This document shows positions 18,823-27,666 of a stretch of DNA of 64,000 nt, one piece after another. The notes under the pieces are model-generated. The model made no database searches. It was not told the DNA's origin and was given only the letters and a program-made list of their open reading frames with translations. Each line of letters starts with the position of its first letter. Within the stretch, counting starts at the first letter, position 1. The stretch lies in the NCBI GenBank assembly GCA_963779415.1, contig CAVZYA010000001.1, positions 1,344,001 to 1,408,000 of the forward strand, read 5' to 3'. The translations under genes and the position numbers were made by a program. The stretch comes from an uncultured Acidobacteriota bacterium (GTDB taxonomy: Bacteria > Acidobacteriota > Thermoanaerobaculia > UBA5066).

Positions 18823-19638
18823 ATGTTGAGGCTCGACCGAGCCGGCATCCTCGTGTCTGCGGCATGCTTTGTCGCTATCCTCGTTGGCTATCTGTGTCAA
18901 GTCCTCTTGGAGCGGCCGTACGAGGGGCTCGCGTTGGAATTGCCCCTGGCCCTCCTTCCGGTCGTCGGCGCGATCTCCCAGCGCAGGAAATGGGCCTTAT
19001 GGTTACTGGCTCGCTCTCCGGGGATCGCACTAACTCTCCTCGGCCCTGCCCTCGCGCTCTTCACACCCGTTCATTCGGTGAACCCCATATTTCAGGTCGC
19101 TCTCTGCACCCTCTTATTTGGCGTTGGAGCCATCCTGCTTACGCCACCACTCCTGAAGCGTCCCCGATACATCCTGGCGGGGGCGGTTCTTCTTTCACAG
19201 GTGGTCCTTCAGACCGGCGCCGTACGCGCAGCCTATACCGGCTACCTTGACACTACTCTTATCGTTCGCAACGCTTCGGCGGAGCCCCTCCTCGACCTAT
19301 CGCTCTCCGGAGCAGGGTTTTCCGCCTCGTGGCCAGTTCTTCTGCCAGGCCAGGCCGTACGCAAGTCAATTCATGTCACCACCCAGCAGAACCTCACCGT
19401 TCAGTTTCACACCGCTCATCGGTCACGTCACGTGCCCACGGCCGCGATCTTTGAACGCCGCGACGTAATCTCCTTGACCATCAAACCAGACCTCCTCCTC
19501 GACGCGACGGTTTATCCCGGAACCATAGTCCCGCCGCGGCGGTCTTCGACTCTCTGCCCGAGGGTGGAGCCTGGCGTGAGCCCCGTTGCGGCGGACCGGC
19601 AGTTACCCGATGAAAGGGGACACTCGGGCCTAACCTGA
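18823..19638 (+). CDS. Hypothetical multi-pass membrane protein (cassette)
   Basis: Starts 10 bp after attC5; about 5 TM segments then a beta-rich domain; the tail runs through attC-like remnants (CCCCGTTGCGGCGGAC ~19581, GCCTAAC ~19628). Confidence 0.6.
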   Translation: MLRLDRAGILVSAACFVAILVGYLCQVLLERPYEGLALELPLALLPVVGAISQRRKWALWLLARSPGIALTLLGPALALFTPVHSVNPIFQVALCTLLFGVGAILLTPPLLKRPRYILAGAVLLSQVVLQTGAVRAAYTGYLDTTLIVRNASAEPLLDLSLSGAGFSASWPVLLPGQAVRKSIHVTTQQNLTVQFHTAHRSRHVPTAAIFERRDVISLTIKPDLLLDATVYPGTIVPPRRSSTLCPRVEPGVSPVAADRQLPDERGHSGLT

Positions 19639-19779
19639 GGGGGGATGGCCAGATTCAAGAGTTCCAGAAAGGCCCATGGGCACGGCGCGGCGTTCAAGCT
19701 GAAGGCGGTATGGTCAGGTGGCGGCCAAGGCCGGTCGAGTGTGCCGGACACCCCGGCTCAATGGAAGAGGAGGTCTCCT

Positions 19780-20061
19780 GTGTCCGAAAGATTTCTTATC
19801 GAGGTTCCGCACGAAGCGACCGTGGCGGCGTGTGTTCAGGCGATCGAAGTCTTCCTCCAGGCCGGGTCTCATTTCCTGACCCATGCGGACTGGGGATGCA
19901 AGGACGGGGAGCACAAGGCATGGATCATCCTGGAGGTCGATAGCAAGGACGAGGCTCGATGCATCGTGCCACCTGCTTTTCGGTCGAAGGCGAAAATCGT
20001 ACAGCTCAACGCGTTCACGATGAAAGACATCGAGGGCACCTCTCACCGGCAAGAGCCCTAG
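19780..20061 (+). CDS. Small hypothetical protein
   Basis: GTG after GAGGAGG; FLIEVPH..C..HFLTHADWGCKDGEHKAW. Confidence 0.7.
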   Translation: MSERFLIEVPHEATVAACVQAIEVFLQAGSHFLTHADWGCKDGEHKAWIILEVDSKDEARCIVPPAFRSKAKIVQLNAFTMKDIEGTSHRQEP

Positions 20062-20086
20062 GTGCGCGCACGTCGCCGATACCCGG

Positions 20087-20153
20087 GGCCGACGTCCGCG
20101 AAACATTCGAGCGGACGCGCCACGCTCGCCGCTGAGACGCGGTATCATCAGGC
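20087..20153 (+). mobile_element. Degenerate attC site 6
   Basis: gagcggacgcgccacgctcgccgctgagacgcggtatc-ATCAGGC, same family as attC2-5; left end uncertain. Confidence 0.6.
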
Positions 20154-20184
20154 TCCTCAACCGTCATATCCGAAAGGAGCCGCA

Positions 20185-20607
20185 ATGGCGGAGAACAAGA
20201 CGAAGGCTACGAAAGCGAGCGTGGAGGGCTACCTCTCCCGCATCGAGGACGAGGCCAGGCGCAAAGACTGTGGAGCTTTGGCCAGGCTGATGACCAAGGC
20301 GACGAAACAGCGGCCGAAAATGTGGGGAACGAGCATCGTCGGGTTCGGCAGCTATCACTACAAGTACGAAAGCGGCCGCGAAGGCGACTCGTGCTTGACG
20401 GGCTTCTCCTCTCGGAAGGGCGCCATCAGCGTCTACCTCCTGGCGAGCTTCCCCGGACACGACGAACTCCTCGCCAGGCTCGGAAAGTACAAGATGGCGA
20501 AGGCCTGCCTCTACATCCACAAACTCAGCGACGTCGACCTCAAGACCCTGGAAGCGCTCGTCGCCGGTTCCGTCAAAGAAGTGAAGCGTCGCCATGGCGA
20601 AGGCTAA
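20185..20607 (+). CDS. DUF1801 (YdhG-like) protein
   Basis: MAENKTK, PKMWGTSIVGFGSYHYKYESGREGD, LGKYKMAKACLYI. Confidence 0.9.
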   Translation: MAENKTKATKASVEGYLSRIEDEARRKDCGALARLMTKATKQRPKMWGTSIVGFGSYHYKYESGREGDSCLTGFSSRKGAISVYLLASFPGHDELLARLGKYKMAKACLYIHKLSDVDLKTLEALVAGSVKEVKRRHGEG

Positions 20608-20618
20608 AGGAGATACAG

Positions 20619-21053
20619 ATGACGGATTCCTCGGTAATCAAAGTCGGTCAGCTCTCGATTCGGTATCTGTTGGACGGGGCGCGCACCGGTACGATGGGAA
20701 TGTTCGAGTTGTCCGTTCCGCCCGGATCAAACGTGCCTCCGCCTCATAGTCACTCCAACAACGAAGAATGTGTCTACGTCCTGGAGGGAATCTTGAGGTA
20801 CTCCGTAGGAGACGTGACGCGCGATCTCGGTCCCGGCGGGTCGATGTTCACGCCCAAAGGCACCGTCCACCAGTTCTCCAATCCGTTCTCCACGCCCGCC
20901 CGCGCCTTGATCGTCCTCTCCCCGGATATCGGGGCACAGTACTTCCTGGATGTCGGGAGTGTCGTCAACGCCGGGGCGCCGCCCGACAAGGCGGCTCTGA
21001 TCTCCGTGATGGCTCGTTATGGCCTGGTTCCGGCTCCCCCCAAAGGTATTTGA
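20619..21053 (+). CDS. Cupin-domain protein
   Basis: PPPHSH..EE..YVLEG; PKGTVHQFSN. Confidence 0.88.
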   Translation: MTDSSVIKVGQLSIRYLLDGARTGTMGMFELSVPPGSNVPPPHSHSNNEECVYVLEGILRYSVGDVTRDLGPGGSMFTPKGTVHQFSNPFSTPARALIVLSPDIGAQYFLDVGSVVNAGAPPDKAALISVMARYGLVPAPPKGI

Positions 21054-21105
21054 CCCGCGAATACACCAAACCGCCTTCGGCGGCCGGTGATCAGCAACGT
21101 GACAA
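21048..21105 (+). mobile_element. Degenerate attC site 7 (different attC family)
   Basis: Overlaps the cupin stop; ATTTGAC...CACC..CCGCCTTCGGCGG..GGTG...GTGACAA; 58-bp hairpin. Confidence 0.55.
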
Positions 21106-21124
21106 CCTCTCGGAAGGAGGCGAC

Positions 21125-21481
21125 GTGACTGTTCGGGAACTTCTGCGTTGGCAGTGGAGCGGCTATCCGAAGTATCACCGTTCCCGGGTGAACCTGCTCG
21201 TTCACATCGTCGCCGTGCCGCTTTTTCTCGCCGGCAACCTTGGACTTCTGGCCTCGCTCTTCGAGGGCTCCGCCGTCACGGGAGCCGTTTCGCTCGGCGT
21301 CATGGTGGTTTCTCTCGCCCTGCAGGGGCGTGGCCACCGCCGGGAAGAGGCTCCACCCGAGCCGTTCACCACCCCGATCAACGCGGTCTCGCGCATCTTT
21401 CTCGAGCAGTGGGTCACCTTTCCACGGTTCGTCGTCTCCGGAGGGTGGCTCCGTGCGCTGCGCCATCTCCCGCAGCCCTGA
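21125..21481 (+). CDS. DUF962/Mpo1-like membrane protein
   Basis: WQWSGYPKYH..NLLVHIVAVP; QGRGH..E; EQWVTFPRF; SD GGAGG. Confidence 0.8.
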   Translation: MTVRELLRWQWSGYPKYHRSRVNLLVHIVAVPLFLAGNLGLLASLFEGSAVTGAVSLGVMVVSLALQGRGHRREEAPPEPFTTPINAVSRIFLEQWVTFPRFVVSGGWLRALRHLPQP

Positions 21482-21626
21482 TCACGCGTTGCTTCCCCCA
21501 CCATGAGAACTGCTTCGCGACGAGGACTGAGCCGGACCGGTCTCCGCAACGTCCCGGAACCAGTTTCTCGGAATCTCATATCTGAGAGTAGGCGGGAGCA
21601 TCCAGAGAAACAGATAGGGGGAGACC

Positions 21627-21881
21627 ATGCGGCTTCGGAGTCTTGCGGCTTTGATTGCGGGCGCTCTGGCGGTGGCCGTCTCATCTGTTCACCCGGTGGA
21701 CGCCGAGCCGATGCCGGCGAGCGCCTTCATCCAGGATCTGACGTGGCTGCGCGACGTCTGGGCGGCGAAGGAGAAGAGTTTCTCGCCGGAGACCTTGGCG
21801 CGGAGCGCCGGCCTCCGCCGCTCGACCTTCTGCGACGTCTCACGCGATCCGCAGCTAAGATCTACGAGAGGTGCCGAATGA
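21627..21881 (+). pseudogene. Probable N-terminal fragment of an exported protein
   Basis: Signal peptide and a short helical start (QDLTWLRD..KEKSFS), then degenerate sequence. Confidence 0.4.
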
Positions 21882-22369
21882 TGACGCGCAAAATCACGCG
21901 GTTTTTCGCGTGCGCTCTGCTGACGCTGGTGGTTTCGCCGCCCGATTTCGCCACCGCACAATCAGCCTCCTGGCAGCGTAACTGGAAGGACTTCGTCAAG
22001 GCGTTCAACACATGCATCACCCAGAAGTCGTGCGACCCCGCATCCCATTTCTACGGCAAGGTCGTGATCTGGGAGGGAACGGTCGAGAAGTCGGGGGACG
22101 TCGTCACTATCGACATGGGTCCACTTCGTCTGAAAGACCGAAAGGGAGTGGCCAGCGATTCCGTGACCGCCCTTCTCTTCCCGGTCAAGGGGAAAGGCAG
22201 CAGCTGGAGCCGAGCCACCCCCGGGAGCACGATCGCGTTCAAGGGAATGCTGCCAGCGAAGGGTTCGGAGTTGGCGGCCGTGGAGCTGAATTCCATGGGC
22301 AGCAAGAAGTTCGCGTTCGTGCAGCTCGTGGATGCCGAGCTCCTGACACGGCCGGTCCCAGCCAGGTAA
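21878..22369 (+). CDS. Exported hypothetical protein
   Basis: Signal peptide ATA-Q, GAGG SD. Confidence 0.7.
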   Translation: MMTRKITRFFACALLTLVVSPPDFATAQSASWQRNWKDFVKAFNTCITQKSCDPASHFYGKVVIWEGTVEKSGDVVTIDMGPLRLKDRKGVASDSVTALLFPVKGKGSSWSRATPGSTIAFKGMLPAKGSELAAVELNSMGSKKFAFVQLVDAELLTRPVPAR

Positions 22370-22428
22370 TGCCACTGCAGGGTGCGACACATTCGGCTTC
22401 GTCTAACACGAGATGAAGGGAAACGCGC

Positions 22429-23049
22429 ATGAGACACCTCTCCGAGAGTCTTCTTCTGATCCTCCCCCTCCTTCTTGGGGCGGTGGATCCCGCGAACGCT
22501 CCGAAGAACCGTGATCTCGTACTTGGCTTCGCGGATTGCGAGCCGGCCATCTTCACCATGCTGACCGCTCCTGTCACGGTTCGATTGACGAACATCACGT
22601 ATGCGCCGACCAGCCGTCTGGCTGGCTTCAAACAGGAAGTCGTCGGCGCTGCCGGTCAAGCCCAGGCGGTGACGGTCAGAATCGACGGCGAAAAGTGGAA
22701 CGGGCGGTGCGAAAGCCTCCTGTACGCGGCGGAACTCGCGGGCGGCCGGAAAAGCAGTCCCAGTTACCCGTCCTGGTCGGGAAAAGATGCCGAAGGCATG
22801 ATCGCCTTCAGTCCGGTGGAGCCGGGTGGCGTCGTCCTTGGTGGCAGCGGCACCCTCGAGGGGGGCGTGGAAACCCGGTTCAAGTATGACGAGTCAGGCC
22901 GCCGTCTTCTCGACACACAGTCCTTCGTGCTCCGCGGAACGTCGTATGTGATCAAGTACTCCGACTACCAGTACGGCGTCGTGCAAGTAGGACAGCACAA
23001 GATCAAGAAACTTCGCGGATACACGGCGTCACTAACCGTCAAACGCTGA
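22429..23049 (+). CDS. Exported hypothetical protein
   Basis: 206-aa ORF with signal peptide; preceded by a lone attC left arm GTCTAACACGAGATGAAG (22401-22418). Confidence 0.7.
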   Translation: MRHLSESLLLILPLLLGAVDPANAPKNRDLVLGFADCEPAIFTMLTAPVTVRLTNITYAPTSRLAGFKQEVVGAAGQAQAVTVRIDGEKWNGRCESLLYAAELAGGRKSSPSYPSWSGKDAEGMIAFSPVEPGGVVLGGSGTLEGGVETRFKYDESGRRLLDTQSFVLRGTSYVIKYSDYQYGVVQVGQHKIKKLRGYTASLTVKR

Positions 23050-23083
23050 ATCAACTCCCCGTTCCGGTATAGGCTCCCGCGCC

Positions 23084-24127
23084 GTGAGAGCGAACTTCGG
23101 CCGTCCCCTCGCGGGGACTCGGATCGTCGACGCGACGTCGCTCCTGCCGGGCGGCTTCGCGACGCGCCTTCTGGCCGACCTCGGCGCCGAGGTCGTGAAG
23201 GTGGAGCCGCCGGGGGGCGAGTCGGGACGCCGCTTTCCGCCGCTCGACGGCGGCCTCAGCGTCTACTACCGCCTGACGGCGGCCGGAAAGAAGGTGCGCT
23301 TCCTCGACCTGAAGACGCCGAAGGGACAGGCCGCGCTGGAAGCTCTTCTTTCGCGCGCCGACGTCCTGATCCACTCGCTCCGGAGCGGCGCCGCCGCGAG
23401 GCTCTCGCTTTCGCAGGCCGACGTGGCCGCCCGCCATCCCCGCCTCGTCCAGGTGCGGATCGCGGGCTTTCGTCGTTCGGAGAAGGCCGCTCACGACCTG
23501 AACTTCCTCGCGGCGTCGGGCCTCCTCGACCTGAACCGTGACGCGCGCGGCCGGCCGGTGATCCCCGGGTTCCAGATCCCGGACGTTGCCGGCGGGGGGT
23601 GGCCCGCCGTGGCGGCCATCCTCACGGGGCTCCTCGAGCGGGAGCGGACGGGGCGGGCGCCCGCGACGACGGTCTCGGTTCACGAGGGGAGCCTCGCGCT
23701 CCTCTCGTTCGGCGCCGCGGAGTACCTCGCGACGGGCCGGGTGGTGAGCGACGGCGCCCTCGTGACGCACGAACTCCATCCCTGCTACGGCCTCTACCCG
23801 ACGAAGGACGGTCGCCTCCTCGCCGTCGCCTGCATCGAGTCGAAATTCTGGACGGGCTTCTGCGAAGCCGTCGGCCTTCCGGACCTCGTTCCGCTCCAAT
23901 ACGCCTCGGGCGCGGCGGGGCGAAAGGCACGGCGGCGCCTCTCGGCGGCGACGCGGCGGAGGACTTTCGCCGAATGGGCCCGGTTCCTCTCGGCGCTCGA
24001 CGTCTGCGTGACGCCCGTGGCGACGCTCGCCGAGGCCGTGAACGCGGAGCGCCGAGCCGAGAAGGGGCGCGGCGTCTTCCGCCGCGGCAGGGACGGAAGG
24101 TACGGGATCGTCCCGAGGATCCGCTGA
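23084..24127 (+). CDS. Family III CoA-transferase (CaiB/BaiF)
   Basis: LADLGAEVVKVEPP, AHDLNF (catalytic Asp), YPTKDGR. Confidence 0.88.
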   Translation: MRANFGRPLAGTRIVDATSLLPGGFATRLLADLGAEVVKVEPPGGESGRRFPPLDGGLSVYYRLTAAGKKVRFLDLKTPKGQAALEALLSRADVLIHSLRSGAAARLSLSQADVAARHPRLVQVRIAGFRRSEKAAHDLNFLAASGLLDLNRDARGRPVIPGFQIPDVAGGGWPAVAAILTGLLERERTGRAPATTVSVHEGSLALLSFGAAEYLATGRVVSDGALVTHELHPCYGLYPTKDGRLLAVACIESKFWTGFCEAVGLPDLVPLQYASGAAGRKARRRLSAATRRRTFAEWARFLSALDVCVTPVATLAEAVNAERRAEKGRGVFRRGRDGRYGIVPRIR

Positions 24128-24162
24128 ATGAACCCCCACGAAGCCCGCGGAAGGGAGCCTGA

Positions 24163-25782
24163 ATGCGCGGACGGATGCAGCACGACCCGCTGATCGTCAA
24201 CCGGATCTTCGAACGGGCCGTGACGCTCTTCCCGCAGCAGGAGATCGTCACCTGGACGAAGGAGGGCCTCCACCGCGAGACGTTCGCCGCGTTCGGAGAG
24301 CGGGTCGGGCGCCTCGCGTCCGCGCTCGCGGCGCTCGGCGTGGAGCCGGGGGACCGCGTCGCCACCTTCGCCTTCAACGCGTTCCGCCACCAGGAGCTCT
24401 ACTTCGCCGTGCCGTGCATGGGGGCCGTCCTCCACACGCTGAACATCCGGCTCCACGCCGATCAGATCGTCTGGATCGCGAACCACGCCGAGGACCGCGT
24501 CCTCTTCGTCGACGCGCCGCTCCTTCCGGTGCTGGCCCCGCTCGTGCCGCGCCTCGCGTCGGTGGAGGTCGTCGTCGTGATGGGAGAGGCCGACCGGAGC
24601 GCGCTCCCCACGAGCCGCGACTACGAGGAGCTCCTCGCGAAGGCCGCCCCGGACTTCCCGTGGCCCGAGCCCGACGAGGACGACGCGGCCGCGATGTGCT
24701 ACACGAGCGGCACGACGGGCCACCCGAAGGGGGTCGTCTATTCGCACCGGTCGACGGTGCTGCACGCGACGATGATGAATCTCGCGAGCACCGTAGGCCT
24801 GACGGACCGGGACGCCATCCTCCCGGTCGTCCCGATGTTCCATGCGAATGCGTGGGGGATCCCGTACGCCGCGCCGATGGCGGGCGCCAAGCTCGTCCTC
24901 GCCGGCGCCGCCAGCGCCGACCCTTCGGCCCTCGTCGGACTGATCCGGGGAGAGCGGGTGACGGTGACGGCCGGCGTCCCGAGCGTCTGGACCGCGCTTC
25001 TCCACCACCTCGAAGGGACACCGAGCGATCTGAAGTCCCTCCGGCTCGTCACCGTCGGCGGCGCCGCGACCTCCGTCTCGATGATCGAGCGGTTCAAGAG
25101 CCTCGCGGGCGTCGACGCCGTCCAGGGGTGGGGCATGACCGAGACCGGGCCGGTCGCTTCGCTCTCCTTCCCGACGGCCGGAATGGAGGCGCTTCCCGAG
25201 CCCGAGCGGGTCCGGGCGCGGGCCCGGCAGGGGCGGGTCGTGCCGGGTGTCCGGTTCCGGGTGGTCTCCCCCGACGGCCGCATCGCCCCGTGGGACGACC
25301 GGACGAAGGGAGAGCTCGAGGTCAAGGGAAACTGGGTCGCCGACTCGTACTACAACGATGAAAAGTCGTCGGAGCGGTTCGACGACGGCTGGCTTCGAAC
25401 CGGGGACATCGCCGTCGTCGACCTCCACGGGTCGATCCGGATCGTCGATCGCGCGAAGGACCTCGTGAAATCCGGGGGGGAGTGGATCTCGAGCGTCGAC
25501 CTCGAGCTGGAGCTGATGGGACATCCTTCCGTTCTCGAGGCGGCGGTGATCGGCGTACCCGACGAGAAGTGGGACGAGCGTCCGCTCGCCTGCGTCGTCG
25601 TGAAGCCGGGGAAGAGCGCGACGCCGGACGAGCTGCGGGCATTTCTGGCCCCGAGGGTGCCGAAATGGTGGTTGCCCGAAGAGATCGTCTTCCTGGCGGA
25701 GCTGCCGAAGACGAGCGTCGGCAAGCTCGACAAGAAGGTGCTGCGGCAGCGGTTCCGGGTGAAGCCGCCGCAGGAGGCGTGA
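24163..25782 (+). CDS. Long-chain fatty acid-CoA ligase (AMP-binding)
   Basis: YTSGTTGHPKG, GWGMTE, LRTGD, KSGGEWISS, LPKTSVGK. Confidence 0.93.
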   Translation: MRGRMQHDPLIVNRIFERAVTLFPQQEIVTWTKEGLHRETFAAFGERVGRLASALAALGVEPGDRVATFAFNAFRHQELYFAVPCMGAVLHTLNIRLHADQIVWIANHAEDRVLFVDAPLLPVLAPLVPRLASVEVVVVMGEADRSALPTSRDYEELLAKAAPDFPWPEPDEDDAAAMCYTSGTTGHPKGVVYSHRSTVLHATMMNLASTVGLTDRDAILPVVPMFHANAWGIPYAAPMAGAKLVLAGAASADPSALVGLIRGERVTVTAGVPSVWTALLHHLEGTPSDLKSLRLVTVGGAATSVSMIERFKSLAGVDAVQGWGMTETGPVASLSFPTAGMEALPEPERVRARARQGRVVPGVRFRVVSPDGRIAPWDDRTKGELEVKGNWVADSYYNDEKSSERFDDGWLRTGDIAVVDLHGSIRIVDRAKDLVKSGGEWISSVDLELELMGHPSVLEAAVIGVPDEKWDERPLACVVVKPGKSATPDELRAFLAPRVPKWWLPEEIVFLAELPKTSVGKLDKKVLRQRFRVKPPQEA

Positions 25783-25786
25783 CCCG

Positions 25787-27121
25787 ATGAGTGCGACTTC
25801 CGGGGCGTTCCCCTCCGAGGTGGACGCCGTCGTCTGCGGCGGCGGACCGGGGGGCTCGACGTTCGCGACGTTGATGGCCCTGAAGGGCTACCGGACCGTC
25901 GTCTTCGAGCGCGAGAGGTTTCCCCGCTTCCACATCGGCGAGTCACTCCTCCCCTGGAACGTGCCGCTCTTCGAGCGCATCGGGGTGCTTTCGAAGCTGA
26001 AGGAGGCGAAACCGCAGCTGAAGCTCGGGGCCCGCTTCTACCACCAGGGCTCGGACTTCACGCGCCCGGTGCTCTTCGCAAACGGCATCGACCGCGACCA
26101 CCCGAGCGCGTTCCAGGTGAAGCGGGCCGAGTTCGACGCCCTTCTCCTCGGCCACGCCCGGGAGTCGGGCGCGACCGTCATCGAAGGGGCGCGGGTGACG
26201 GAAGCGCTCTTCAGCGAGGACGGCGTGAGGGCACACGGCGTGAAGGTGCTCCTCGAGGGAGAGAGCGAGCCGCGCTCCGTGGAGGCGAAGGTGGTCGTGG
26301 ACGCCACCGGCCGCGACGCCCTCCTCTCCCGCCGCCTCGGCGGGCGGAGGCGCGATCCCCTTCTCGACCGCTCGGCCGCGTTCGCGCACTACGACACCTT
26401 CCGGCGTGCGGAGGGACCCACCGGCGGGGACATCGTCGTCATCACGACGCCGGACGGCTGGTGGTGGCTGATCCCCTTCTCCGACGGCTCCGTCTCGGTC
26501 GGCATCGTCATGCCGTCGCGGCGGTTCAAGGAGCGCCCCGGCACCGTGGAACGGCTCTTCGAGGAGTCGGTGGCGGGGACACCGGAGGTGCGAGACCTCC
26601 TTGCGGGCTCGAAGCGGACGATGGACGTGCAGGCCATCGCGGACTACTCGTACTCGACGCCCCGCATCTCCGGCGACGGCTTCTGTCTCGTGGGAGACGC
26701 GGCCTGCTTCCTCGATCCCGTCTTCTCGAGCGGCGTCCTCCTCGCGATGGAGTCGGCCGAGCTGGCGGCTTCCTCGGTCGACCGCGCTCTCCGCAGCAAG
26801 GGGCGCGTCGACGCGGCGGACTTCAGGGAATTCGAGAAGATCTACCGGCGCGCCGTCCGGCGATTTGCGGGCCTGGTCCACGGCTTCTACCAGCCTCATG
26901 TGCTCGAGACCTTCTACGCGCCCGCCCCGAATCCCTGGATCGAGCGCGGGGTCACGACGGTGCTCAGTGGCGGGGTGTTCTTCCCGGACTTCAAGGCCCG
27001 ACTTTCCATGGCCGCTTTCCATTTCTTCACGGCCGTGACGCGCATCGTCCAGGCGATCCGCGGCCGCGGCGCCTTCGAGCGGGCGACGGGACTGACGGAA
27101 GGTGGCCGGGATCGCCGATGA
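25787..27121 (+). CDS. Flavin-dependent halogenase-like oxidoreductase
   Basis: GGGPGG, FPRFHIGESLLP, WWWLIP (WxWxIP), GDAACFLDPVFSSG. Confidence 0.85.
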   Translation: MSATSGAFPSEVDAVVCGGGPGGSTFATLMALKGYRTVVFERERFPRFHIGESLLPWNVPLFERIGVLSKLKEAKPQLKLGARFYHQGSDFTRPVLFANGIDRDHPSAFQVKRAEFDALLLGHARESGATVIEGARVTEALFSEDGVRAHGVKVLLEGESEPRSVEAKVVVDATGRDALLSRRLGGRRRDPLLDRSAAFAHYDTFRRAEGPTGGDIVVITTPDGWWWLIPFSDGSVSVGIVMPSRRFKERPGTVERLFEESVAGTPEVRDLLAGSKRTMDVQAIADYSYSTPRISGDGFCLVGDAACFLDPVFSSGVLLAMESAELAASSVDRALRSKGRVDAADFREFEKIYRRAVRRFAGLVHGFYQPHVLETFYAPAPNPWIERGVTTVLSGGVFFPDFKARLSMAAFHFFTAVTRIVQAIRGRGAFERATGLTEGGRDRR

Positions 27122-27191
27122 ATGAGCCGAAATAGGGCCGAGTTGAGGTAAAGTCGGGTTTCATTTCCATTTCTTCAAGAAAGGAAGATTC

Positions 27192-27632
27192 ATGAGACGT
27201 TTCCTCAATCTCACCCTCGCCGCGCTCTTCGTGGCCGCGGCCATTCCCGTTGCTGCCGCCAACCCGCCGAAGGGCGGAGAGGATGCGGCCAAGAGCCCGC
27301 AAGCGAAGGTCTACCTCGCCTGGGCCAAGGCCGTGAAGGCGGGGGACGTCGAGGCGTGGAAGAAGCTCGTTCCGACCGAGGCGTCAACGCAGATCGAAGC
27401 CCAGGCCAAGGAGATGAAGAAGACGCCCAAGGACGTGCTCGAGTTCCTCGGGGCGATGACCCCGGACGAGAACAAGTTCACGGGCCTCAAGGTCGACGGG
27501 AGCAAGGCCACGCTCTCGGTCACCGGGAAGACGAAGGGCGAGCCCAAGCCCTCCTACGGGAAAGTCGAGATGATCCTCGAGGGGGGCGCCTGGAAAGTCG
27601 GCAAGCAGAGCTGGAGCGACAAGCCGGAATAG
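27192..27632 (+). CDS. Exported hypothetical protein
   Basis: Signal peptide; YGKVEMILEGGAWKV ending typical of NTF2-like/DUF4878 folds. Confidence 0.75.
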   Translation: MRRFLNLTLAALFVAAAIPVAAANPPKGGEDAAKSPQAKVYLAWAKAVKAGDVEAWKKLVPTEASTQIEAQAKEMKKTPKDVLEFLGAMTPDENKFTGLKVDGSKATLSVTGKTKGEPKPSYGKVEMILEGGAWKVGKQSWSDKPE

Positions 27633-27666
27633 CCCGGATCGGAAGCGAGCCCGCCGGCTCTCCCTA

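Larger units (their letters stand above)
15509..23049 (+). mobile_element. Integron gene-cassette array without an adjacent integrase (CALIN-like)
   Basis: About 14 short co-oriented ORFs or remnants, visibly lower GC than the flanks, separated by ~60-bp imperfect palindromes sharing CGCTGAACGCGATATC. Confidence 0.88.
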
